Part shown: piece after piece, positions 41,128-49,954 of the stretch | Layout of the letters: the number at the start of each line of letters is the position of its first letter | Numbering within the stretch: position 1 is the stretch's first letter | Assembly (NCBI GenBank): GCA_963668315.1 | Contig: OY764216.1 | Location: forward strand, 2,336,001 to 2,400,000 | DNA from: Spirochaetia bacterium | GTDB lineage: Bacteria > Spirochaetota > Spirochaetia > DSM-2461 | Length of the DNA stretch: 64,000 nucleotides | Direction: 5' to 3' | Translations under genes and position numbers: made by a program | The notes under the pieces: model-generated | The model's input: the letters and a program-made list of their open reading frames with translations, nothing else | What the model was told of the DNA's origin: nothing | Databases searched by the model: none

Positions 41128-42078
41128 CTAAAGGCACTTCTTGAGCCTGTAGATCAGCCGCCCCTCAAAGGATTCCCCCTCCTCCAGGTAGGGATAAAGG
41201 GAATCGGGAATAAGGGAACGAACTTCCTGACTGATAACCAACTCGTCCCGGCTCTCCTTGCGGCAGGCCATATGGAAGAGTGTATTAATGGAATCGGAAA
41301 CGATGCTGCCCGTCTCGCCCCGTTTTCTGAAAACGGTGGAGCCCAGATGGAGGGCCAGGCGGAATGTCGTTTGTACTTCGTAATCGCTGAAACGGCTGAT
41401 CCTTCTGTTCAGGTAGCACTCCATGGCCGCTTCCATGGCATAGAAATTCTGACCGTTGAAGGGAAACAGATAGACCCCTCCCCAGCCGTTCCAGAGCCAC
41501 TGATAGCCGTACCAGGCGTCCATATGCTCGTTCAGCCACTCCATGAACTCCCGGTTGAACCGTTCCGCCCCTTCCTGCCCCAGGATCTCCTGGACACGCA
41601 TCATATCGTCGAGGCCTGCGTAAAGCATGGCGAAGACATACTCCTCGCCCTCTTCTATCCCGTCCCAGTCTACTCCGGAATAGGGAACGGAGCTGTCCAG
41701 GTCTTCATTTATATAACGCCTGTCAATAGGATTAAGACGCTGAGCCTGTTCGAGCCTTTCCCGGCTGATGCCTTTCTCCAGAAGCTGGGCGCTGATGTAA
41801 TCCACCGCTCCGTAATGAAAAAAGTAGGCCGGATCTTCCGTGGGGGCCAGTCCCTCCACAACGGCGAAGCGCAGGTCGTTTCTGCTGCTGAGGTAGGAGA
41901 AGTGCTGATTCAGGGCCTCGTGGCTGTGACCTTCCCTGTCCAGATAGATCACGGCGCCCCTGACCTGACGGCAGATCTCCCTCAAGTTGTCGGGATTATG
42001 AAATTCCAGCGGTTCGTAGCCGCTCTCCATGAAGCATTCTCTTATCGGCTCCCTGTCTGTGAACACCAGATATTTCAT
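41128..42078 (-). CDS. Atypical receiver domain plus degenerate class III cyclase-like domain
   Basis: REC-like YLVFTD, VIYLD and GAVDYI; cyclase-like FRLALHLG, SDSIN and LVISQEV; metal Asp residues absent. Confidence 0.65.
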   Translation of the reverse strand: MKYLVFTDREPIRECFMESGYEPLEFHNPDNLREICRQVRGAVIYLDREGHSHEALNQHFSYLSSRNDLRFAVVEGLAPTEDPAYFFHYGAVDYISAQLLEKGISRERLEQAQRLNPIDRRYINEDLDSSVPYSGVDWDGIEEGEEYVFAMLYAGLDDMMRVQEILGQEGAERFNREFMEWLNEHMDAWYGYQWLWNGWGGVYLFPFNGQNFYAMEAAMECYLNRRISRFSDYEVQTTFRLALHLGSTVFRKRGETGSIVSDSINTLFHMACRKESRDELVISQEVRSLIPDSLYPYLEEGESFEGRLIYRLKKCL

Positions 42079-43004
42079 CGGCTGTTCTCCCAGCATAGGC
42101 GGTAATTGTAGAGCTGCTCCCGCCCGGAAAGGTTAATGCTCCTGAAACCGTCCAGAACGGGGGAGGGCAGGTGGCTGAATACTTCCTGGGAAATGGTGAT
42201 GCTGTCCGGATCGGTATGCTTCTCTTCCAGTCGGCAGGTGTCCTTGACGGTTTCGGCCTGTTTGATCTTCTCTTCGTTCTCGGTGAATTCAATGGGGCCT
42301 GTCCTGATAGCCTGGCGCAGCTGAATGGGGCGGTCGAGTCGGTTGGAGAAATGGTTGAACAGAAACAGACGGTGGAGAATCTCCATGGCGCTGTAAACGG
42401 CCTGTTCGTTGCGTGAGCCGTGATAGAAGGCGCAGATGGCTCCGTCCCCTTCCCAGCTCCAGACGCGGCCCAGCCGGAGATTGACGATTTCCGTCACGTC
42501 CTGTCTTATCAGGGCGAAGGTTTTTTCAATGATATCCTGATCATTCTGACGGACCATTTCGGTATTCTTCACCAGATCGAGCTTGAGGATGGAAAACGTG
42601 CAGGTTTGTCCCTCCCGAAGAACGCTCCAGTTTTTCGTAATGCTTCGGCGCGAGTCCTCCACGAAAGAGTCGGTATCTCTGTTATAGATGATTCCCTCTT
42701 CGGCCATCTGCTGGATGACATAGCCCAGGCGGGGAAAATGATATTTTCTGCCGTGGATTCCCTTGGTTTCCGCCTGCGCCATGAGGGATATCAGATCGGG
42801 AAAAAAGTTCCACTCCCTCATATCGCGGACAATCTGCCTGGCTCCGTCTCCGTGGGGCACGGCGTTATGGATGGAAACGCCCATGCGCTTGTGAAGATCA
42901 TACTCCGGCACAATGCGTCTCACAAGGTGAATCATCTCTTTCTGGGTCATGCTTCGGGATAAACCCTTGACCACATTGTTAAGCATGCTCTCTTTAACTC
43001 TCAT
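42075..43004 (-). CDS. Class III nucleotidyl cyclase-domain protein with helical N-terminal domain
   Basis: KLDLVKNT and WEGDG Asp residues 44 aa apart; LRQAIRTG, CRLEE and ITISQEV. Confidence 0.78.
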   Translation of the reverse strand: MRVKESMLNNVVKGLSRSMTQKEMIHLVRRIVPEYDLHKRMGVSIHNAVPHGDGARQIVRDMREWNFFPDLISLMAQAETKGIHGRKYHFPRLGYVIQQMAEEGIIYNRDTDSFVEDSRRSITKNWSVLREGQTCTFSILKLDLVKNTEMVRQNDQDIIEKTFALIRQDVTEIVNLRLGRVWSWEGDGAICAFYHGSRNEQAVYSAMEILHRLFLFNHFSNRLDRPIQLRQAIRTGPIEFTENEEKIKQAETVKDTCRLEEKHTDPDSITISQEVFSHLPSPVLDGFRSINLSGREQLYNYRLCWENSR

Positions 43005-43080
43005 AGGACTTGGACAAGATTATCATGAAAAGAAATGGTTGTCGAGCGACCGGAGAGGTCCCGGATATGAGAATTTCTCT

Positions 43081-43106
43081 TATATTCTTTTTTCAAATGC
43101 CGAAAA
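43081..43106 (+). promoter_or_regulatory. Putative sigma28 promoter of the flgN operon
   Basis: TATA-N14-GCCGAAAA. Confidence 0.5.
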
Positions 43107-43127
43107 TAGTAGGGAAGGAGTACACAA

Positions 43128-43637
43128 ATGGATGATACCGTATCGAAATGGCAGAAATTAAAGTGCTATATGGAAACGGAAAAGATTTTATTAAATAGTT
43201 TCTCTGAAAAGAATAAAGTCATTAGAACCCAGGTGCGTACCATGGACTGGCCCGTGTTGGAAATATTACTGAAAGAGCTGGATGATTTATCCTGCCAGAT
43301 TGAAGAAACAGACCGGCGCCGCCATCAGATCTATAAAAAAATCCTGAAAAAAGTAGAGAAATCGGAAAATTTTACCTTTTTTGACAACACCGCATCCCTG
43401 CCGGCGGAACTGCGTGAAAACCTCCGCCGTCTCCACGGAGAGCTGAAGATAGTTTCCGATCAGATAAAAATCGAGAGCCGGGTCACTTCCATCTATGTGG
43501 AAGCGAGAACGCGGGCCTTGAAAGACATGCTGGGGGAACTCATCCCCGAGACGAAAAATGTGTTTTACAGTCCGTCGGGACAGCTATTCAAAGGATCGAC
43601 CGGAACCAGTTCGCTGCTGGTCAACCGGAGTTTGTAA
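43128..43637 (+). CDS. flgN: Flagellar export chaperone FlgN-like
   Basis: Helical ~170 aa directly upstream of flgK; C-terminal Y..G..LLVN pattern. Confidence 0.7.
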   Translation: MDDTVSKWQKLKCYMETEKILLNSFSEKNKVIRTQVRTMDWPVLEILLKELDDLSCQIEETDRRRHQIYKKILKKVEKSENFTFFDNTASLPAELRENLRRLHGELKIVSDQIKIESRVTSIYVEARTRALKDMLGELIPETKNVFYSPSGQLFKGSTGTSSLLVNRSL

Positions 43638-43655
43638 GGGCAGAGGAGGCTTGTA

Positions 43656-45536
43656 ATGAAATCCACCTTTATGGGAATCGAACTGGGAAAACGGGGCATC
43701 ATGGCCAATTCCCAGGCGCTGGATACGGCGGGACATAACATCTCCAACGCCAACACCGAAGGATACAGCCGGCAGAGGATTAAGCTGGGATCCACCGATC
43801 CCCTCTATATGCCCCAGCTGAACCGGGCGGAAACTCCCGGCCAGATCGGCCAGGGCGTGGACGTGGTCAGCGTGGAGCGGGTCAGGGATGATCTGCTTCA
43901 GACCCGCATTGTGTCCTCGGGAGACAACAAGGGCTACTGGAACACCCGCTCCGACTATCTCCTTCAGGTCGAGCAGATTTACAACGAACCGAACGACACC
44001 TCGGTGAGAACCCTCATGGATAAATTCTGGGAAGGGTGGCAGGAACTGTCCATCCATCCCGATGACCAGGCGGCGCGGAGGCAGGTGGCCCGGAGGGGGG
44101 AAACCCTCATCGAGGGCATCAACAACCGTTACAACAGCCTCAAGGAAGTCAGGTCCATGCTGGATGACGATGTGGCCGTCTCCGTGGGTGAGGTCAACTC
44201 CATCCTTTCGAATATAAGGGAATTGAACGAGCAGATCGTCAAGGTCGAGGCACTGGGCGACAACCCCAACGATCTCTACGACAAGCGGGATCTTTTGACC
44301 GAGCAGCTGTCCGATTACATGAAAATAACCGTGGAAAATAAACGGGACCCCGATGAATTTCAGATTCATACCGGAGGACGGGAGCTGATTCAGGGAAAAA
44401 AGGTCAACTATCTTGCCACCGAGCCGAATCCGGATAACGAAAGCTATCTGGATATCACCTGGCAGGGGAGCGAGGAACGGGTTGTACTGTATGGCGGCAA
44501 ACTCCAGTCCCTTGTGGAACTGCGGGACGGCGATCTGCGGGGCGAAATCCAGAATCTGGATATGATGACGGTGAATTTCACCGATATGGTGAACGGCATT
44601 CACCGCCAGGCCTGGAACGGGAATAACGAAACGGGAGTGGATTTCTTTACCGAATACCCCTTTATCAATAACGTGGGGGGCAACTACGACCGGAACGGCG
44701 ACGGGGAGGTCGACTCCTCCTGGGTTTACCGCTTCACCGGCGCCCATGAACTCAATCCCCAGCAGCAGACGGGGCTGGAGGGAACCATCACGGTCAATGG
44801 CGCTTCGGGCAATGTGGACATTCCCTACTACCCCTCCGATACGGTGAGCGACATCATGGAGCGGATCAATAATTCGTCCTCCGAAGTAAAGGCCATGCTC
44901 GACTTCAACGGGCGCCTTGTCATGAAAGCCTCACCGGCCGGTCAGATAGGCAATCCCGACTTTGTGATCCGCCATCTGGAGGATTCGGGACAGTTCCTGG
45001 CCGGCTACGCGGGCATTCTGGAGAACACCGGGCCCGACGGCGCCTACGACTGGAATCAGGCCGATGCGGTCCTGGCCCTTCAGGGGGGGGGGACGGATTT
45101 CTCCGTGGCGCCCCTGACCCATCCTTCGGGCTGGCTGCAGATAAACGAGACCCTTGTTACCGATCCCAACGCCATCGCTGTGGGACTGGGAGAGAACGGC
45201 AGACCCGCCGCCGCCGGTGACGGATCGGCCGCCCTGGCCATCGCCGACCTCAGGCAGGAGATGGTGATGGTGGGGCCACAGCGCAGCTTTGACGACTATT
45301 TCGCCGAGACTGTCGCCAGTATCGGCCTCAGGGGCGAACAGGCGGAACTGACAAGCGAGACGGAAAATCTTGCCTGGAAGGAACTGAAGGATCTGCAGCA
45401 ATCCATAAGCGGCGTGAACCTGGATGAGGAATTTTCCGACATGATTAAATTCCAGCACGGTTTCAATGCCGTCTCCCGCTATATTTCCACGGTGGATGAT
45501 ATGCTGGATACCATTATCAACAGGATGGGGGTGTAA
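43656..45536 (+). CDS. flgK: Hook-associated protein 1
   Basis: GHNISNANTEGYSRQR, GQGV and SGVNLDEE. Confidence 0.96.
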   Translation: MKSTFMGIELGKRGIMANSQALDTAGHNISNANTEGYSRQRIKLGSTDPLYMPQLNRAETPGQIGQGVDVVSVERVRDDLLQTRIVSSGDNKGYWNTRSDYLLQVEQIYNEPNDTSVRTLMDKFWEGWQELSIHPDDQAARRQVARRGETLIEGINNRYNSLKEVRSMLDDDVAVSVGEVNSILSNIRELNEQIVKVEALGDNPNDLYDKRDLLTEQLSDYMKITVENKRDPDEFQIHTGGRELIQGKKVNYLATEPNPDNESYLDITWQGSEERVVLYGGKLQSLVELRDGDLRGEIQNLDMMTVNFTDMVNGIHRQAWNGNNETGVDFFTEYPFINNVGGNYDRNGDGEVDSSWVYRFTGAHELNPQQQTGLEGTITVNGASGNVDIPYYPSDTVSDIMERINNSSSEVKAMLDFNGRLVMKASPAGQIGNPDFVIRHLEDSGQFLAGYAGILENTGPDGAYDWNQADAVLALQGGGTDFSVAPLTHPSGWLQINETLVTDPNAIAVGLGENGRPAAAGDGSAALAIADLRQEMVMVGPQRSFDDYFAETVASIGLRGEQAELTSETENLAWKELKDLQQSISGVNLDEEFSDMIKFQHGFNAVSRYISTVDDMLDTIINRMGV

Positions 45537-45539
45537 TAA

Positions 45540-46784
45540 ATGTACCGAGTAAGCACTAATATGCCTAACGACGACTTCCGCTACCGCATGCTCAGGCAGG
45601 ACAACGGAATCAGCCAGACGGAAAACAAGATATCCTCAAGCAACAGGATCACCAATCTCAGGGACGATCCTATCGCCGCGGCCCACTCCACCCGGCTTAA
45701 ATCCAACATCACCCGGATGGAGCGCTTCGATCAGAACATCGATTATACCCGGGGCCGTTACAGGGAAGTGGAAGGATACATGGATGAAACCGTGAATATC
45801 CTGCACCGCCTGCGTGAACTGGCTGTCCAGGGATCCAACGGGACCTACGGCGACGAGGACCGGGAGATGATGGCCGTGGAGACCAACGAGCTCCTGAACC
45901 AGCTGGTTTCCGTGGCCAACACGACCAGCGTGGACGGCCGGGCCCTTTTCGGCGGCACCGACAGCGAAGGCGAGCCCTTCGAAGTTTTCAAGAGCCGGGT
46001 GCCCAAAATGCAGAGCGCCGCCATCACCCAGGTCACCTATCTGGGCAATATCCAGGAGAACAAGGTCGAGATCTCCGAAGGCTCCTATGTTCCTGTGGAT
46101 TTCCGCGGGAACGACCTCTTCTGGTCCGAACCCCATCAGATCTTCGGGCCCCGGGACGTCCAGGATTACGTCGTCCAGGAGGACACCTCCTTTACGGTGG
46201 ACGGAGTGACGGTCAATCTGAAAGCCGGGGATAACATCAACAATATCGCGGACCGGATCAACGGCAGCACTGCCGCGGTGAAAGCCGAAGTGGACCCCGT
46301 ATCGGGATCGTTGAATATGAAAACCACGGTGAACCACCAGATCTGGCTGGACGAGCCGGAAAATGCCACCGTCCTTAAGGACCTGGGGCTTATCAACGCG
46401 GTGGGAAAGCCTCCTTTGAATCTCGCAGGAGATGTGGCTTCCTCCGGCGGCTCCCTCTTTGAAACGGTCATCGCCATGCGCGACAGTCTTCTGAATAACG
46501 ATTCGGAGCAGGTCGGCGGGGCCGTTCTGGCGGGTATAAGCTCCTCCCTGGACACGGTTCTGGGGAAAATGGCCGATCTGGGCGCCATGGACGAGCGGCT
46601 GGACGTGACGCAGAACCGTATCTCCAAGGGGGTCGTTGATACCCAGGCCTGGGATGCGAACCTTACCGACACGGATATGACCGAAGCGGTCACCCGCCTC
46701 AAGATGATGGAATATGTACAGCAGGCCACATACCGCGCCTCTTCGCAGATATGGCAGAACTCGCTCATGGACTTTTTAAGGTAG
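45540..46784 (+). CDS. flgL: Hook-associated protein 3
   Basis: Flagellin-like termini (RVST, DDP, SLMDFL); follows flgK. Confidence 0.93.
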   Translation: MYRVSTNMPNDDFRYRMLRQDNGISQTENKISSSNRITNLRDDPIAAAHSTRLKSNITRMERFDQNIDYTRGRYREVEGYMDETVNILHRLRELAVQGSNGTYGDEDREMMAVETNELLNQLVSVANTTSVDGRALFGGTDSEGEPFEVFKSRVPKMQSAAITQVTYLGNIQENKVEISEGSYVPVDFRGNDLFWSEPHQIFGPRDVQDYVVQEDTSFTVDGVTVNLKAGDNINNIADRINGSTAAVKAEVDPVSGSLNMKTTVNHQIWLDEPENATVLKDLGLINAVGKPPLNLAGDVASSGGSLFETVIAMRDSLLNNDSEQVGGAVLAGISSSLDTVLGKMADLGAMDERLDVTQNRISKGVVDTQAWDANLTDTDMTEAVTRLKMMEYVQQATYRASSQIWQNSLMDFLR

Positions 46785-46790
46785 GAATTG

Positions 46791-47210
46791 ATGGAGAAGG
46801 AAGACAAACAGATAACCATACCCTCCGGTCTCTTCGGATTTGAAGGATTAACCGAATATGCCCTTTCCCGGGCCAGTCAGGAGCCCTTTCTGATTTTAGC
46901 GTCAAAGGAGCAGGAGGGACTCTCTTTCATCCTTATCGATCCGCTCTATTTTCATCCCGACTACACGCCCGACCTGAGCGACGAGGATCTGAAGGAGATA
47001 GGGGTGGAGAAGGATCACTACGATAATGTCTATGCCCTGGCCATCGTCACGGTCCGGCCCGACGAAGAGCCGAAAATGACGGCCAATCTGCAGGGGCCCC
47101 TGATCATCAACGGGGATAATCTCAAAGCCAAGCAGTGCATCTCCTCCAACCCTAAATGGCAGACCCGTCACGACATCCTGGCGGAAATCAAAGCCCACCA
47201 GGGAGTCTGA
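46791..47210 (+). CDS. fliW: Flagellar assembly factor FliW
   Basis: GLFGFE, FILIDP and [11 protein letters not shown]. Confidence 0.93.
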   Translation: MEKEDKQITIPSGLFGFEGLTEYALSRASQEPFLILASKEQEGLSFILIDPLYFHPDYTPDLSDEDLKEIGVEKDHYDNVYALAIVTVRPDEEPKMTANLQGPLIINGDNLKAKQCISSNPKWQTRHDILAEIKAHQGV

Positions 47211-47212
47211 GT

Positions 47213-47440
47213 ATGCTGATTTTATCACGCCGGAAGGACGAGACCATCATCATAGATGACAAAATAGAAATATCCATCGTGGACATCAAAGGGGACCAGG
47301 TGAAACTGGGCATCAATGCCCCCCGTACGGTTAAAATCTACCGCAAGGAAGTCTATCTGGAGATCGAGAAAGAGAATGCCGCGGCCGCCCGGTCCAGTGC
47401 CGACGCCCTGGAAAAACTGGGAGACCTTTTCAAAAAATAG
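47213..47440 (+). CDS. csrA: Carbon storage regulator CsrA
   Basis: [16 protein letters not shown] and IYRKEVY; C-terminal helix of the FliW-regulated type. Confidence 0.96.
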   Translation: MLILSRRKDETIIIDDKIEISIVDIKGDQVKLGINAPRTVKIYRKEVYLEIEKENAAAARSSADALEKLGDLFKK

Positions 47441-48136
47441 TTATTTCTGTTTTTTGGCTTCCAGGCTCAGTTCGGCTTCGCTCTTGCGCATATAGAGAGG
47501 GCCGGTATCCATACTGTCCGGTCCTCTTTTTTCAAAAAGCTTTTTCCCCAGGGAGATAAGGGTACGGCCGTTGCCCCTTCGGCAGTCATGGTCAAAGCGG
47601 AATCTTCCGTTCCCATCCCCTGCCGGCAGAAAACCCCGGAACATGTCGCAGTCAGGCCCGGTGAAGATAATCGTTTCTCCCTTTTCCGCCAGTTCTTCAA
47701 TCTGTCTGAGAATCCATTCCGGTTCCCAGTCTCCGTACTCGGTGAGCCGGTTCTCTCCCCTGTAAAGGGCGGAGAAAAAGCGCTTTTTCCGGGCATCTAT
47801 TACGGGAACAATCAAACCGTCGAAGAGAGTGAAGCGGTCGGCCAGAACATCCAGGGTGGGAACGGCTACCAGGGGAGCGCCCGTACCGGCGCAGATGCCC
47901 TTGGCCGTGGCCATGCCGACTCTCAGACCGGTAAAGGAGCCCGGCCCCAGGGCGGTGCAGACCAGATCCAGTTCGGAAGGCTTCATCTCCGCTTCGGCGA
48001 AGAGCCGGTCCACTCCGGGCATAATAAGTTCTGAGTGGCGGAAACCCTTATCCGCGTTATACTCAAAATAGTAATCTTCCTTGCTGAGGGTCAGCGAAAG
48101 AACCGCCGTTGCGGCGTCGATGGCCAGAATATTCAT
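47441..48136 (-). CDS. tsaB: t6A biosynthesis protein TsaB
   Basis: ILAIDAAT, HSE, GPGSFTGLRVG, DARK and PLYMRKSEAE. Confidence 0.95.
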   Translation of the reverse strand: MNILAIDAATAVLSLTLSKEDYYFEYNADKGFRHSELIMPGVDRLFAEAEMKPSELDLVCTALGPGSFTGLRVGMATAKGICAGTGAPLVAVPTLDVLADRFTLFDGLIVPVIDARKKRFFSALYRGENRLTEYGDWEPEWILRQIEELAEKGETIIFTGPDCDMFRGFLPAGDGNGRFRFDHDCRRGNGRTLISLGKKLFEKRGPDSMDTGPLYMRKSEAELSLEAKKQK

Positions 48137-48555
48137 AGATCCCATCCTTCCAGGCTAATGGTCCGTGTCTGATCTGCTTCGATCCTGATATCCACGGTAA
48201 TCAGGTCGTCGGGCAGGACAGAATCGATCCTTTCGAACCATTCTATCAGGCATATCCCCTTTCCGTAAAGCATCTCCTCCGCACCCAGCAGGAAGAACTC
48301 TTCCTCGTCGCTGATGCGGTAAAGATCCATATGGTAGAGAGGCATCCGGCCCTCATACTCCTGTATCAGAGTGTAGGAGGGGCTGGTTATGGTATCGTGT
48401 ATTTTCAGACCGCGGGCGAATCCCCGGGTAAAGGTGGTCTTGCCTGCGCCGAGAGATCCCTTCAGGCCGATGATCATCCCCGGTTCTGCTTTCTCCGCCA
48501 GTTCGCGTCCTATTTTTTCCGTCTCCTCCGCCGAAGAGGATGTAAACGTAATCAG
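48133..48555 (-). CDS. tsaE: t6A biosynthesis ATPase TsaE (probable CTG start)
   Basis: GSLGAGKT, SPSYTL, HMDLYR and LIEW; conserved N-terminal SAEETEKIG helix lies upstream of the first ATG. Confidence 0.92.
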   Translation of the reverse strand: MITFTSSSAEETEKIGRELAEKAEPGMIIGLKGSLGAGKTTFTRGFARGLKIHDTITSPSYTLIQEYEGRMPLYHMDLYRISDEEEFFLLGAEEMLYGKGICLIEWFERIDSVLPDDLITVDIRIEADQTRTISLEGWDL

Positions 48556-48824
48556 AGGAGTTTACCTTTCTGGTCAAGCAGCCTGATCTCATCCTTGAGC
48601 ATCTTCATCAGGGGAAGCATGGGGTAATCGATCTCTTCCTTGATTTTGACGTTGATCTTCTTGTTGCCCGTCGGTTCCATTTCAAGGATAAAGCTGACGG
48701 GTATTATCCGCGGATCACTTCCCTCAACATCAAAGTGGGCGTCGGCGTAGTACTTTTTAATATAATAGAGGGGGACATCGGATTTCTGGAGCTCAATATT
48801 TTCTATACTTATCAGCTTATACAT
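48552..48824 (-). CDS. Hypothetical protein
   Basis: SD AGAGG; operon-embedded; stop overlaps the tsaE start. Confidence 0.75.
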   Translation of the reverse strand: MYKLISIENIELQKSDVPLYYIKKYYADAHFDVEGSDPRIIPVSFILEMEPTGNKKINVKIKEEIDYPMLPLMKMLKDEIRLLDQKGKLL

Positions 48825-48835
48825 TATTTGCCTCT

Positions 48836-49954
48836 TTAGGAAAAATCATAAATAAATTCGTTGATGCGGTTCAGGTTTTTGCTGGACGCGCGGGTAAACA
48901 TAATATGGACATTATAGCGTATTCTGGAAGTTTTTTGAATATCCACCGTCTTACCGAAAGTCGAAACGGGGTTTCCCGGAATAGGTTCAAAATTCAGCTT
49001 GCAGAGGTCGCCTTTCTTCAAAGGTTTCGTCGTATTCAGACAGCAGCCTCCCACGGAGAGATCCACAAGATTGCCCATTCTGCCGTTGTTCTTTTCGATA
49101 ACCGCTTCCTTCTTTGTCCGGCGACCCTCCATCTTTTCCACGATGCGGATAGGGTAGATATAGACGGGCTTCTGGATCTTCTTGCGGCGGAACCGCCTCA
49201 GATTGGCCCTGCTTTCCCGCTTGGTATGCTGGAGAATGATGCTGGTTATCTTTTTAACGGAGTTATAGCCTATGATTTTGGAGATGAAGTGGACCTCGTC
49301 GCCCCCCTTGTTCCAGACATAGATATTAATTTTGGAACCCTTCTTCCACCGAATGGCTTCGCCGTAGGCATTGGTGGGCACCTTGACGCAGTAGAACTCC
49401 TTCAGATTGGCGGTCACCAGGGAGTTGAACCGTTTGCCCCCCTCCTGCTCGATGGTTATGCGCTGTCCCAGCTGAATCTCTTTCGTATTGGAGAGAAACA
49501 CGTTGGTCGGCTCCATCCGTTCCAGGAGCTGCTTTATCTGAAAAAGCTCATATTTCCGGCTCTCTATGACGCTGGGAGGGGCTTCCATATGGGAGGCGTC
49601 CCTGATGGCCTTGCCCAGGGTATTGTTGAGGGTGCGGGAGTTTTTCAAAAGGTCGTAGGGCCGCCGTACCGAGTAGGTTCTGATCATTCCTTCCAGGGAT
49701 TTAATCTGTTTCTTGGTGAGACCGATGGCTGAGGCGTCCTTCCTGAAGAGCCGCTTGTTATAGTGGGCTCCCTTGCCGTTCTTCGATTTACCGAAACTTC
49801 CTCCCAGATGGGCTGTGAGAACATTGAGAAGGACAACCGCGGCGATCGTTCCGCCTATCAGTCCGCCGAATACGAGAAGGGACCTGGTGTTGTTGGTCTG
49901 CTGAAAGAACACCCCCGCGTAACGGGATGTCTGAAATAGGGGTATGATCAGCAT
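48836..49954 (-). CDS. Membrane-anchored YcgR-like PilZ-domain protein
   Basis: N-terminal TM helix; RRFRR (RxxxR) and DLSVGG (DxSxxG). Confidence 0.82.
   Translation of the reverse strand: MLIIPLFQTSRYAGVFFQQTNNTRSLLVFGGLIGGTIAAVVLLNVLTAHLGGSFGKSKNGKGAHYNKRLFRKDASAIGLTKKQIKSLEGMIRTYSVRRPYDLLKNSRTLNNTLGKAIRDASHMEAPPSVIESRKYELFQIKQLLERMEPTNVFLSNTKEIQLGQRITIEQEGGKRFNSLVTANLKEFYCVKVPTNAYGEAIRWKKGSKINIYVWNKGGDEVHFISKIIGYNSVKKITSIILQHTKRESRANLRRFRRKKIQKPVYIYPIRIVEKMEGRRTKKEAVIEKNNGRMGNLVDLSVGGCCLNTTKPLKKGDLCKLNFEPIPGNPVSTFGKTVDIQKTSRIRYNVHIMFTRASSKNLNRINEFIYDFS

Noticed and set aside
40783..42105. 440-aa plus-strand ORF
   Set aside because: Antisense to motif-bearing, coupled minus-strand genes
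41128..43004. Pycsar or CBASS anti-phage system
   Set aside because: No cNMP-binding TM/TIR effector, no CD-NTase motifs and no defence-island context; kept only as an uncharacterised cyclase pair
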